DNA of 64,000 nucleotides from Octopus vulgaris (Eukaryota): NCBI GenBank assembly GCA_951406725.2, contig OX597834.1, positions 15,686,001-15,750,000 on the forward strand, written 5' to 3'. Of this stretch, positions 26,116-39,383 are shown one piece after another. The position numbers and the translations under genes are program-made. The notes below the pieces were generated by a model that was not told the DNA's origin, did no database searches, and was given only the letters and a program-made list of their open reading frames with translations. The first letter of the stretch is position 1. The number at the start of each line of letters is the position of its first letter.

Positions 26116-26201
26116 TGCAATACGACCGTTTCGGCCGGTTCTATTTAATTGAACAATGCAAGCATTACGTCAATTTAAATACAGTGCTATCTTTAGTTGC
26201 A
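26116..26201 (-). ncRNA. Type I hammerhead motif (family H) with G5A core mutation
   Basis: TGCAA-CTAAAGA-[long helix II, TATTTAAATTGA/TCAATTAAATA]-GAAAC-GGTC-GTA-TTGCA; helix I is perfect. Confidence 0.6.
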
Positions 26202-26872
26202 AGAAATATGGATTTTCAACAGACAAGATATATTTAATATAATTTTTTCTTATCTGTGCTAGAGGATGAAAGAATTTCATGTTGGCATTATTGCAGCAAA
26301 AGTAGCTAGGAGAACAACAACTACAATTTTTTAATGGTAGAAATTGAACACAGCAGGGGTCATAGGATTGTAATTCATTTCTAATTTTATTATCTACCTT
26401 CTAATCACCAACAAAATATCTAAGGTTGGTAGACTGCGTTTATACAGAATTAAGAGCATTGTAAGTTGACCGTTCAGTACTGGCTGTTGGTTATCAATAA
26501 ATATTACGCCATAAGTACCCCTCACCACAAAAAGGGTTTGTTTTCTTTTTGTGGTGAGGGGTACTTATGGCCGTAAGAAATTAAAGAATATATAGACAGA
26601 GTAACAAAGATATGGGTGTATATATATGTGGTGTAGTGTGTGTGTGTGTGTGTGTATAAAAATGATATTTGTAACATATATGTAGATATACATATATCAA
26701 ATGAATGTGTATATACACATAAGTTTTGCATATGTATGTATTTCAAATTTATGTACATTTATATATACACTATATGTGCATACACACGCTACATATACAT
26801 ACGTACATTCATAAATCCACACTGAAATACATGCGTAGATACGTGTGTGTATATACGCATGCATATATGTCC

Positions 26873-26938
<66 letters not shown>

Positions 26939-27699
26939 CAACACAAACACAGGCATTGAAACAAGCTCTGAAATACAAATGAACATTCAAGAATTTGGCT
27001 ATAATTTCACGTAATTATGTCTAGCCAATGGTATTCTAATTCCATTCTCTATTCACTTAATAATAAATAATGTATTTTGTTAACTTCCCGTCTGCTCATT
27101 CATTATAACCAACGTCGATTCTTCTATCGGCCATTGCAAAATTCAATTCCGTTCTAAATTGGCTGGAAAAAGTTGTAGCAATATACATTTGTGGTTCGCG
27201 TGTGGTTGTGTCTCCGAATCTCATTCTGTGTCTGCACGTATTTCTTTGTCTGTATTATCTTCTCCCTCACACCCACTCTCTCTCTCTCTCACTTTCTCTC
27301 TCTCCCTCTCTCCTCTCTCTTTCTTCCTCTCCCTTTCAGTATGTGTCTGTATTCGGGTATATGAATTATATGTGTGTGTATGCATACGCATTTGTATACG
27401 TATATGTATGTATTTTCGTGAATGTATATACGTGTGTATATATACATATGTGGATATATACATATGCATGCTTATATATACATATGTGGATATATACATA
27501 TGCATGCTTATATATACATATGTGGATATATACATATGTATGCATATTTATATACACACACACGCATACATACATACATACATAATACATACATACATAC
27601 ATACATACATACATACATACATACATGCACACATGATGTTTGCCTTGTCTGGTCAGGTGATAGCCATTACATATTCAGCCTGATTACTCTGATTTACTT

Positions 27700-28034
27700 T
27701 CCACCCTAACATGAGCGTAGGATATGACTTTTCATGCGACCCATCCATCGCCAGCGGACTTTGTAAAATACAAAACAGATCATGAACTGAAATAAAATGA
27801 CAGTGAGACATCTTTACATTATTGGATTTAACTGGCAAAAAGCTTGAGCAACACTTTCGCCACTCTCTCGGCCACCATAGTGGCTTCCATTGACACACTT
27901 TCCAATATTCCTGGTACTATTCTGACTGCAAGTTTTATGTCAGCGTATCTTTCTCTTCGAAGAACTACCCTCTCCACAGCTTTGTCAAGAATAATCGGAG
28001 CATCCTCTACTCTTGAGAAATCTATGTAACTCAT
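27700..28034 (-). pseudogene. Possible highly decayed Gypsy-type integrase fragment
   Basis: ESVSMEATMVAERVAKVLLKLFAS and AMDGSHEKSYPTLML loosely resemble rve-core segments, in the expected order. Catalytic residues are not clear. Confidence 0.2.
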
Positions 28035-28048
28035 AGATGGGTTCTTAT

Positions 28049-28295
28049 GGAGGCGCGTGGATTAGCGGTTAGACTGTACGACTCATGACCGTAAGATTGC
28101 GGTTTCGATTCCTGGACCGGGCGACGCGTTGTGTTCTTGAGCAAAACACGTCATTTCCCGTTGCTCCAGTCCACTCAGCTGGCAAGAATCAGTAATCCTT
28201 CGACGGACCGGCGTCCCATCTAGGTGGGGAATGTATACGCCACTGAAACCGGGAAACCGTCCCTTATGAGTCGGTGTGACTCGAGAAGGTAACCT
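28049..28295 (+). mobile_element. SINE-C-related copy
   Basis: GGAGGCGCGTGG head; GGTTTCGATTCC B box. Confidence 0.8.
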
Positions 28296-28594
28296 TCTTG
28301 ACAGGCCCTACCATTCCGGGTCAGAAAGGGCCTGGGAATAATGGCAATTTAGGGATAACTCCTTGCTCCCCACAAATCCGGAACTCCTGAACTGGATCCG
28401 CACCAGCAGATATCTTTTATCTTTATCTTTTACTTGTTTCAGTCATTAGATTGCAGCCAGGTGTGTATAAGCTATCTTGAGAACGTCATGCTCATTTACG
28501 CTTGTGGGTGACTGGAATAGCAACTATGATGCACGCTAGGATTGTCTGGAAATATCCGACATGGGAGTGGGAGTTAAATCCTTGAAAATTTATA

Positions 28595-28900
28595 TTGACA
28601 GTTTCAGTTTGCAGACAAGCGTTAACAAAAATTCAGGGTGCAAATGGAAACTGTGATAAATTGCATCAGGTTGTCCAAAACCTATCTAAATACAAAAACA
28701 GATTTGTTCAGTCACGTGGGAAACATAAGCACAAGATTGCTCTGCCTGGTGAAGCTCACGCCAGTCCAGAGCCAACTCCTTGCCTTCAATCCCAGTAGAC
28801 CACTAGCGCCCACCTGCGGCAGAGCGTTTCGAGCACGCATCAGACATGTGATGTCCTTGATCATCGTCGACAACGACGGACGAGCTAACACAACACAACA
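28595..28900 (+). pseudogene. 3' end of an RTE-clade LINE
   Basis: APTCGRAFRARI (remnant of the RTE C-terminal zinc-finger-like motif), followed by the tail TCATCGTCGACAACGACGGACG and (ACAAC)n. Confidence 0.65.
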
Positions 28901-29200
28901 TTCTTTCATAATGTGCGACTCTGTATCAATATTGCCAATTAATATTCTTTATAATTAAATCTGTGTATATTTCTTTACCAAAATGTTGTTCTTTTCGTAA
29001 AGTCTAGAGAAACTCTGAGAGAAAAAGACGAGTAATTATATAAGTTTTAACTTGAAAAACGCTTATTTTAATTAACAAAAGTTTTGACCTTTATTCTAAA
29101 ATATACGAAGCGGAAAATGTTTATAGTTCAAATCTTATATAAATATTATAATACCCTTCCACGAAAAACAAATTTGCATCTTTTATTTATATGTAGCATA

Positions 29201-29232
<32 letters not shown>

Positions 29233-29236
<4 letters not shown>

Positions 29237-29347
29237 GCAGGCCAAAAGTCACACACCAAAATTAAAACTCATGTAATATACATTGCACATTTCAAAGACG
29301 CTTTATAAATAAAATGTCAAATGTTTTGGTGCGTGACTTTTGGCCCA

Positions 29348-29352
<5 letters not shown>
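29233..29352. mobile_element. 120-bp Tc1-type MITE
   Basis: 29-bp TIRs CAGTGCAGGCCAAAAGTCACACACCAAAA / TTTTGGTGCGTGACTTTTGGCCCACACTA. Confidence 0.78.
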
Positions 29353-29391
<39 letters not shown>

Positions 29392-30427
29392 CCTGTACAC
29401 ACGTATATATATTTATATATGCATGTATATATACATGTAGATGTAGGTACGTACATATACGTTTGTATGTATGCATATATTTTATTTATTACACTATTGT
29501 ATGACTGAGCGCCTTCGCGTCGATTCGATTCGATTCGTTTCGTTTCGTTTCGTTTCTTCTTCTTCTCTAAGCTGGTTTATATATATATATATATATATCA
29601 TATTTCTCATTGTTGTTTTTTTTCTTTTTTTAATTCTAATGGCAAAATTTCGGCGTTTCAATAAAAACAAAAGTATCTTTAGTTATTATCTCAAATGGAA
29701 AAATGTATATAATATCAATTGGAAAGTGATTATAAATCATCTATATATTTTCAATAATTAAATTTCAAACAATTAACGCCTTCATTTGCATATGTCCAAA
29801 CATTTCCGTATATAAAATTCTTTCGCCTATCTTATATTATTTATTATGATTTATAAATTTACATTTTCCATAGAATTTTATTTATATTTTTTTTACCGAA
29901 TCTTTTTTTTTTTAATTCTTTTCTTTATCGTGTCTGTTCCGCCATTCTTTCTTTTTATCTGATTTAGTTTCACAATTTACTATGTCTTCTTATCAACGAC
30001 TGCTTATCTTTTTAATGTTTTATCATTTTCATCTTTCTCCGATTCAGCATTTTAAGCCAACATTATCCAATCGATATATATTTTTTTCTTTCTCATCGAT
30101 TGCTATAACCATTCAAGGAGAAAAACGATCACATGTCAAACTATGACCAATCAGAACTCTTGTTACAAATACACGAGTTTTTCCAGAGAAAGTAATGCAA
30201 AAGTGAGCACAACTTTTTTGTATTAATGACTTATAAAATGTCGGTAGAGTAACGACCGAATCAAGTTAATAAAAAAAAAGAATTTCCGCCCCTTTTTGTT
30301 GCATGAGTTTCTCTAGAACCCGCGTAGACCATAGTCAGTATTGATGTTAATTTTTATATCCTTCCTTGACAAATTGCTCAAATAGTTTTTTTATTTTTAC
30401 ATTTATCATACCTGTTATTGGGGTTGT

Positions 30428-30965
30428 GCAGGCACATGGCTTAGTGGTTAGAGCAGCGGCGAGCTGGTGGATACGTTAGCACGCCGGGCGAAATGCGTAG
30501 TCGTATTTCGTTCTGAGTTCAAATTCCGCCGAGGTTGACTTTGCCTTTCATCCTTTCGGGGTCGATTAAATAAGTACCAGTTACGCACTGGGATTGATAT
30601 AATCGACTTAATCCGTGTGTCTGTCCTTGTTTGTCCTCTCTGTGTTTAGCCCCTTGTGGATAGTAAAGAAATATGTTAGAGCAGTGGACTAGCGGTCGGG
30701 GGATAGCGGGTTCGAATCTCAGACCAGGCGATGTGTGTGTGTGTGTTTATGAGCGAAACACCTAAGCTCCACGCGGCTCCGGCAGAAGGTAATAGCGAAC
30801 TTCTGCTGACTCTTTCGCCACAACTTTCTCTCAGTCTTTCCTCCTGCATCTTGTAACTCACCTATGACGGACCGGCGTCCCTTCCAGGTGGGGAACCTAT
30901 ACGCCAAGGAAACCGGGAAACCGGCCCTTATGAGCCAGACGTGGCTAGAGAAGGAACAAACAACA
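30428..30965 (+). mobile_element. SINE-C interrupted by SINE-B (30457-30674)
   Basis: TSD GTTAGAGCAG at 30447-30456 and 30675-30684. Confidence 0.85.
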
Positions 30966-30977
30966 ATTATTGTTGTT

Positions 30978-31365
30978 AAGGTGGCGAGCTGGCTGAATTC
31001 TTAGCTCGCCGGATATGCTTAGCGATTCTTCGTCCATTTTTGTCTTGAATCCAAGCCCCTTTCGGGATCGATAGGATAAGTACAAGGGGATGTTTTGGTT
31101 GGCTTACCCCCTCCCCCGAACTTGCTGTCGTTGTGCCGAAATTTGAAACCATCATTGTTGTTGTTGCAAAGGCAGCGAGTTGTATCAGTACGTTGGACAA
31201 AACGCTTAGTTGCTTTTCGTCCGGCTCTTTACGTACTGAGTTCAAATTCCGCCGAGGTCGACTTTGCTTTTCATCCTTCCGAGATCGATAAAATAAGTAC
31301 CAGTTACGTATTGGGGTCGATGTAATCGACTTAAACCCTCCCCAAAACTTCAGGCCTTGTGGTTA
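30978..31365 (+). mobile_element. Two SINE-B copies (degraded)
   Basis: Heads at 30978 and 31169. Confidence 0.75.
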
Positions 31366-31366
31366 T

Positions 31367-31765
31367 ACTCTTTTCTCTTTTACTTGTTTCAGTCATTTGA
31401 CTGCGACCATGCTGGAGCACCGCCTTTAATCGAGCAACTCGACTCCGGGACTTATTCTTTGGTAAGCCCAGTACTTATTCTATAGGTCTCTTTTGCCGAA
31501 CCGCTTGGTGACGGGGACATAAACACACCAGCATCGGTTGTCAAGCAATGCTAGGGGGACAAACACAGACACACAAACACATACACGCATATATATATAC
31601 ATATATACGACGGGCTTCTTTCAGTTTCCGTCTACCAAATCCACTCATTTTGGTCAGCCCGAGGCTATAGTAGAAGACACTTGCCCAAGGTGCCTCGCAG
31701 TGGGAATGAACCCGGAACCATGTGGTTGGTAGACAAGCTACTTACCACACAGCCACTTCTGCGCC
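31367..31765 (-). mobile_element. SINE-A full length
   Basis: Matches family consensus. Confidence 0.92.
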
Positions 31766-32202
31766 TAGTAAAAAGGATTATAATTATTAGTATTATTAGT
31801 ATTATTGTTGTTGCTGTTATTATTGTTGTTGTTTCAGCAGAAAACCAATAAAGGCAACAGACACAGTAGATCGTATCACTTAAATGTCTCCCACTTTCCA
31901 TTTTAAAGTAAGATCGTGCGAGAACGGCGAAGGCTCGTTAATATCATTCTGCACGGTACGAAAGAAAGTCTTTCTCTTCTAAGATATTGAATGGGAAGAG
32001 AACACGACAAGAATAATACATTACATGCTGGTCGAGGGTAGCGATGAAACAAACCCTTTTCCTTCTTCTTCTTTTCCCATATGTCTACAAGCAGGTAATA
32101 TCCTTCCCAAACAGTGTCTTCAAGGCATTTTATATTTAGCTTCTAAGTGTGTGCGCGTGTATACATTAAAATAAGTGTGTGTGTGTGTGTATTTATATAC
32201 AC

Positions 32203-32259
<57 letters not shown>

Positions 32260-32304
32260 CACACACACATGCACACAAATCTTTACAAACGTACGCTCAT
32301 GCGA

Positions 32305-32335
<31 letters not shown>

Positions 32336-32498
32336 AGGGGGAGACTGACACATGTACAGACATACATATGTGCGTGTGTGTACATAAACACACACATCTA
32401 TGCGCGAGTGTGTGTGTGTATGTATACGTGTGTCTATATACGTATCTGCCTACATGTATATTGTATGTACACGTGTGTATATATGTATATATATGTGC

Positions 32499-32537
<39 letters not shown>

Positions 32538-32556
32538 CATATGTAGACGTATGTGC

Positions 32557-32597
<41 letters not shown>

Positions 32598-33554
32598 TTG
32601 TATATATAGGTGTGTATATACATATGTAGACGTATGTGCGTATAAATATATATATATATATGCATGTATGTATAAATGATGCATTTCGACTGAAAGATTA
32701 GCATTGGCATAATTATAAATGTGCGGACGTCGTCGACATCGATGTAATCATTTCAGTAAAGCTAAATGATAGCGAAAGATAGTGGAAGATAAGGACGTAA
32801 AATTTCATAGAAAATTCCTTGCCATTCGTCTCGATGTCCCTGGAGAAATCAGCTGTTGCTATATCTTAGAAATAAATCCACTTCGGGCGATCATATCGTC
32901 TTCTCTAAATGCATTAATTTATTTGATTTCCTCCATACAAAGTGAATGATATAACAAGCACAAGCAGAACGATTCGCTGTCTCTCTTACAGAATGAATAG
33001 CTATGCTGTTCGCCGTCCGCCGACATCGTCGACTTGGGATTCTGAGCTAAGCTAAGCTGATATTCGTAAACCTTACTTTCGTATAATTTCTGTTTTACTT
33101 TGAAGACATGTCGTATGCATCATACCTCGTTATGAATTAATTTTCCCCCTCTTGCTTTTATCTGTCTTTATTAACTTGGTGTGTTCGTGTTATCGTGGGT
33201 TATTAAAATTTACAAACTATACCTTCGTAGCTGTAATTGTGTGAAGTTCATTCCATCTGAAGTGGAGGCAGTAAATGAATATTAACGACAATGCAAAAGG
33301 ATGCGACGGATGAACTTAACTTGATGGTAACAGCTCACGAGAGGTCTTTGATAATCGAGAAGAGGTTTCCAGGGACACACAAATATTGATTGTGGATGCA
33401 GATAGCATCGGTGTTCGAACTCACAGAGTGTATTTCACAATATACTACGAGAGGAAACGCTGCATGGTCATTTGAGCTGTTAGAAACAGCAGACATATCT
33501 GCCTCAGATTATACGATTTTTTTTTCATTTTATTCTTTACCATACGAGAGGAGA

Positions 33555-34675
33555 TATGTGTGCTACAGGGATCCGTTCTTGGACCCCTGCTGTTTGTTGC
33601 GTATAGATGCCAACTTGAATGTTACAGTGTTGAAATATGCAGATCACATCAAGTTGTACCTTGAGATAAAAAGAACAGATCCTATGCGCTGTAGATCTTT
33701 CCTGCAATCAGACCTGAACACAATGCAGCAATGGGTTTCTGACTGGCAACTCAAGCCAGCTGTGGACAAGTGCGACACCATGCACACTTTGGTGGGGAAC
33801 CCAGTCTTTAAATATTCCTTCAACAACACCAATATCAAGAAGTCTTCTAGTGAATGTGATCTGGGTATTATTGTAAACACCGATCCTGCGTTGGACAAAC
33901 CACATCTCTAAGATTGTGAAGAAAGCTGAGGGTGAAGGCAGCGAGCTGGCAGAAACGTTAGCACACCGGGCGAAATGCGTAGCCATATTTCGTCTGCCGT
34001 TACGTTCTGGGTTCAAATTCCGCCGAGGTCGACTTTGCCTTTCATCCTTTCAGGGTCGATAAATTAAGTATCAGTTACGCACTGGGGTCGATATAATCGA
34101 CTTAATCCGTTTGTCTGTCCTTGTTTGTCCTCTCTTTGTTTAGCCCCTTGTGGGTAGTAAAGAAATAGGTATTTCGTCTTCTGCTACGTTCTGAGTTCAA
34201 ATTCCGCCGAGGTCGACTTTGCCTTTCATCCTTTCGAGGTCGATTAAATAAGTACCAGTTACGCACTGGGGTCGATATAATCGACTTAAACCGTTTGTCT
34301 GTCCTTGTTTGTCCTCTCTGTGTTTAGCCCCTTGTGGGTAGTAAAGAAATAGAAATAGGTATTTCGTCTGCCGCTACGTTCTGAGTTCAAATTCCGCCGA
34401 GGTCGACTTTGCCTTTCATCCTTTCGGGGTCGATTGAATAAGTACCAGTTACGCACTGGGGTCGATATAATCGACTTAATCCGTTTGTCTGTCCTTGTTT
34501 GTCCCCTTTGTGTTTAGCTCCTTGTGGGTAGTAAAGAAATAAGAAAGCTGAGGGTGTACTAGTATCACTCAGTAAGAACTTTGTCAGCCTCTCTCAAACT
34601 ATCTGTTTAAAACCTTATACGACAATGGTGCGTCCACACTTGGAATTTGCATCATCAAGTCTGGAATCCCTGTTT
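33555..34675 (+). pseudogene. Decayed CR1-like RT fragment split by a SINE-B trimer
   Basis: QGSVLGPLLFVAY, KYADHIKL and LQSDLNTMQQWVSDWQL before the insert; MVRPHLEFASS/VWNP after it. Frameshifted. Confidence 0.8.
33935..34540 (+). mobile_element. SINE-B trimer with a single 16-bp TSD
   Basis: TSD AAGAAAGCTGAGGGTG at 33919-33934 and 34541-34556; unit junctions at 34168/9 and 34358/9. Confidence 0.92.
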
Positions 34676-34884
34676 TGCTCTCCATAAAGTCTCCCGGAAA
34701 CTGTTCAGAAACGTGCAACAAAATGAAAAAGAAAATAAATAAATAAAAATATAATCCGTGACGAACTATATCTGAAAGGAAGAGGGGATGGTCGTGGATG
34801 GTAATAGCTTTCATCATACAGATAAATACTTCGATCAAGATTATAGATTTTTGATTATGGAAATGTTGAATGATTGGATTTGTC

Positions 34885-35090
34885 TCTTTGCCTTTTATCG
34901 TTTAAGTCATTAGACTGCGGCCATACTGGGGCACCGCCTTGAATCTTTAGTCGTGCTTTTATCCATTTCTCTCAACCAAACCCATTCACAAGACTTTGGT
35001 CGGCCCGGAGCTACAGGTGCCACGCAGTGGGTCTGAACCCGGATCCATGTGGTTGGGTAGCAAACTCCTTACCACACAGCCACGCCTGCG
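34885..35090 (-). mobile_element. SINE-A, internally deleted
   Basis: Tail and head present, middle missing. Confidence 0.7.
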
Positions 35091-35550
35091 CAATGTGCGT
35101 ATGTGTGCGGGTGCACGCGCGTGTTGCCGAAAGACAAAAAAATTCCCCCCGTAAATGCCCCCTAATTTCATCTAAAATATAATTTGCACATTTTCATTTT
35201 AGCAGAAAAATTAGCTGAAGTATTGCATTCTTGATGGTGTGCAGATAGCAAGTTTTCTCCCATGAAACTTAAGTGGTAAAGTTATATATGTTAAGTTCTG
35301 TATAATAGTACAGCCATTAGTATTTCCGAACTGGAGGCATCTACTCGTTATCATAACAGTATGGTAATAGCTTGTTGCGTATTTCTTTGACGGCCAGCTG
35401 GATGCGCGCGCACGTTTGTCTGTGTGTTTCGTTCAGCGTCATTTTGTATTACATTAGGTTACAGCTCTGGATAAAATGTGATTATTATGTTCAAATTCAC
35501 AGAAGAATTGGGCAGAGTTTGTATGAAAATATTCTCACTATATTTGAAAT

Positions 35551-35587
<37 letters not shown>

Positions 35588-36503
35588 ACGTGCGTGCATG
35601 TATATATATATATATATATATAACTATATACGTATATATATATGTGTGTGTTATGTATGTATATATGTGTGTGTGTTATGTATGTATATATGTGTCTGTT
35701 ATGTATGTATATATGTGTGTGCGTGTTATGTATGTATATGTGTGTTATGTATGTATATATGTGTGTGTGTTATGTATGTATACATGTGTGTGTGTGTTAT
35801 GTATGTATATGTGTGTGTTTAGGTATATATAAGTATATACGTATATATATATATATGTGTGTGTGTATGTATATATAAGTATATATGTATATGTGTGTGT
35901 CTTTGTGTATGTATGTATATATAAATATATATGTATATATATATATATATACATATATGTGTGTGTCTTAGTGTATGTATGTATATATAAATATATATGT
36001 ATATATATATATACATATATGTGTGTGTGTGTTTGTGTATGTATGTAATAATGTAGTTATGTATATGTTTGTGTGTGTGTATATATATATAATGTATCTG
36101 TGTATATGTGTGTGTTTGTGTATATAACATGTGTGTATGTGTCTGTGTGTGTGTATATATATACGTGTGTGTCTATTTCTGTGTGTGTATAAAATAGCTA
36201 TATATGCACTGATAGATAGACGCATGCATGCATGCAATGAAAAGTGGTTTGAAGTTTTATTGGGCAAAAACACACACAGAAATAAATAAATAAATAAAAC
36301 CAAACTGTAAAACTACTTTGAAAATAATTGCAAAACACAGAACTGAAGAAAGATATGATTAAATCAGAGAAGTTGAGCGAGAAGAACAAGTGATATACAT
36401 TCGCACACCGACACACGAAACAGACGGAAAGAAAGACATACGCACACGTAGATATACAGGTAGACTAGTGGGTAGGTAGAAATGTATATCACAAATATAC
36501 ACT

Positions 36504-36542
<39 letters not shown>

Positions 36543-36901
36543 GGCCAGTTTGGACTCTGTGTCTGTCTTAGTATCACTCACGCGCCAGGTCTTCTCTTGC
36601 CGATGGGCAGGCAGTCAGGCAGACACTCATAAACCGAAACAGGCGTACAGACACACAGACGGACAAACAGAAGCTAAAGCGAGAACATATTAAGTCCGGT
36701 CATTGTTTCTTCATTTCCTTTTCAATTGTTTCGTAATTCTCATTTTCCTATTTTTTTTATTATTTTCATTGTTTTTTTTGTTTGTATGTTTGTTTGTTTT
36801 TATCTAATATATAACTTTATTGACTTTTCTTTTTTTTTAAGTGTTTTTATTTTTTGCTTTTGTTTCCAGGAAATTTACCCATTTAGACAGAACACATAAA
36901 A

Positions 36902-36940
<39 letters not shown>

Positions 36941-37101
36941 GTACACGCTCACGCACACACACACACATACACACTCACAACCACGACATAAACACATACA
37001 TGCATACATACTACGTACATGTGTTCAGTGAATTGTGTGCGTATGTGTGTGTACAAATAGTCATATACGCTTATGTTTTGTGTGTGTGAGAGAGAGATAG
37101 T

Positions 37102-37362
37102 GAAGGCGCGTGGCCTAGTGGTTAGACTGTTGCACTCACGATCGCTAGATCGTGGGTTCGATTCCCAGACCGACAGGCGTGATGTGTTCTTGAGCAAAAT
37201 ACTTTATTTCACGTTGCTCCAGTCCCCACTTTAGATCACAGGGGAATGTTGGCCTGCTCACCAAGCCAGCGAGGTGGTGTCCTTAAAAGGATAAAACAAT
37301 ACAAAAAGCGCATTGTGACCAGCGATGTGTAACATCCAGTAGCCTAGTCGATCACGTGATCA
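37102..37362 (+). mobile_element. SINE-C-related copy
   Basis: TGGCCTAGTGG A box; GGGTTCGATTCCC B box. Confidence 0.8.
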
Positions 37363-37406
37363 CTTGATAGATACATACATACAAATATATATATATATAT
37401 ATATAT

Positions 37407-37598
37407 AGGGAGTGTTTACGAAAACAACAAAAGACGAAGACAGGTGGTGTACAAAACAAACAGATGTATTAGTATAACGCTCAGGAATAGAAAAAGTCTT
37501 TTACGTTTCGAGCCTACGCTCTTCTACAGAAAGGGACACAGAAAAAAAACAAGGAGAGAAAAAAATGTGTGTAGTGACTAACGATCTATCATGGCGAC
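37407..37598 (-). mobile_element. Family D element, copy 3 (intact hammerhead-like motif at 37498-37533)
   Basis: Minus strand CTTT-CTGTAGAA-GAGC-GTAG-GCTC-GAAAC-GTA-AAAG; TA-flanked. Confidence 0.85.
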
Positions 37599-37885
37599 AT
37601 AATATATATATATTATGGAAGGTGACTGGTGACCGTGTGAGGCCACTTTCTGAACTCAGTAAGTCCATGAAAATGTTGGCTCAGAGTGGATAAAGCGTTG
37701 CACAAAACTAAGCCAGTTTTTCGGCGCAATCTGCAACAAAACCAGCAACAAAACCAGTGGCACAATAGAGACAGAGACACCCGAAACCAACTGCACTTCG
37801 GGTTTTTACATTTGTTTACCTCAGAAGGAAGTTCTGAGAACTAGCGCGGTCCTTCACTCCCAGTGGTTCATAAATTGTGATAAAA

Positions 37886-38130
37886 GGTAAACTTTTCCTT
37901 TCCGAGTCATGTCAACTCATAAGAGCCGGTTTCCATGGTGAATAAATTCCTCACCTGGATGGGGTGCAAGTCCATCGCAGGATTATTCCTTTTTGCCAGC
38001 TGAGTGGACTGGAACAACGTGAAATAAAGTGTTTTGCTCAAGAAAACTACGTGTCACCCAGTCCAGGAATCGAAACCACAATCTTACGATCTTGAGTCCA
38101 ACAGCCTAACCACTAAGCCACACGCCTCCA
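37886..38130 (-). mobile_element. SINE-C-related copy
   Basis: Reverse-complement homolog of 28049-28295. Confidence 0.8.
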
Positions 38131-38196
38131 CATAGGCTGTCATACCCAGGACATATAATTATATGCATATAAATACATATGTATTGACATTTACCC

Positions 38197-38352
38197 GGCT
38201 GTGTGGTAAGAAGCTTGTTTCCCAACCAGATGGTTCCGGGTTCAGTCCCACTGCGTAGCACCTTGGGCAAGCGTCCTCCACTCAGTGTAGCCTCAGGCCA
38301 ACCAAAGTTTTGTCAGTGGATTTATTAGACGGAAACTGAAAGAAGCCCGGCG

Positions 38353-38421
<69 letters not shown>

Positions 38422-39349
38422 GTGTATAAAAATTCGTTGGTGTCCATACATGTAACACCCAATAAATTTGTTGAGTCCCCTTCTTTCCTTAGTCTACTCA
38501 CTCGTATATACATGTGTGTGTGTATGTGTGTGTGTACTTGTGTGTCTATGTTTGCCCCCACCCGACCCACCGTCGCTTGACAACCGATGTTGGCGTATTT
38601 ACGTCCCCGTAACAGAGCGGCTCGGCAAAAGTAGAAAACCGATAGAATAAGTACTAGGCTTACAAAGAATAAGTCCTGGGGGGGGGGTCGATTTGTTCGA
38701 CTAAAGGCAGTGCTCCAGCATGGCCGCTGTTAAATTACTGAAACAAAAGGATATAATAGAATATATTAGTACATACATAGGTGCAGGCGTGGCTCTGTGG
38801 TAAGAGGTTTGCGCCCCAACCACGCAGTTCCGGGTTCAGTCGTGGCAGATGCCCCCTGCTATTGCCTCAGGCCGACCAAAACCTTGTCAATGAATTTTGA
38901 AGAGGAAAACTAGAAGAATCCCTCGTGTGTGTGTGTGTGTGTCTTTGTGTCTAAGTTTGACCCCCACCACAGATTGCCTAACGTTGTTGGTGTTTACATC
39001 CTCGTAACTTAGTGGTTCGGCAAAATAGCCTGATAGAATAAGTACCTTGCATTTTCTTTAAAAATACATTAATGGCGTCGATTCGTTCGGCTAAAAATTC
39101 TTTAAGACGGAGCCCCAGCATGGCCGCATTCAAATGACTGAAGCAAGTGAAAGATAAGGAATATGGTTGTGTGCTAAGAAGCTTGCTTCTCAACCACATG
39201 GTTCCAGGTTCAATCCCACTGCATAGCACCTTGGACAAATTTCTTTTATTATTGCCTCGGGCCGACCAAATCCTTATGAGTGGATTTGTTAGACGGAAAC
39301 TGAAAGAAGCCCGTTGCATATGTCATATATATATATATCTATATCTATC

Positions 39350-39383
<34 letters not shown>

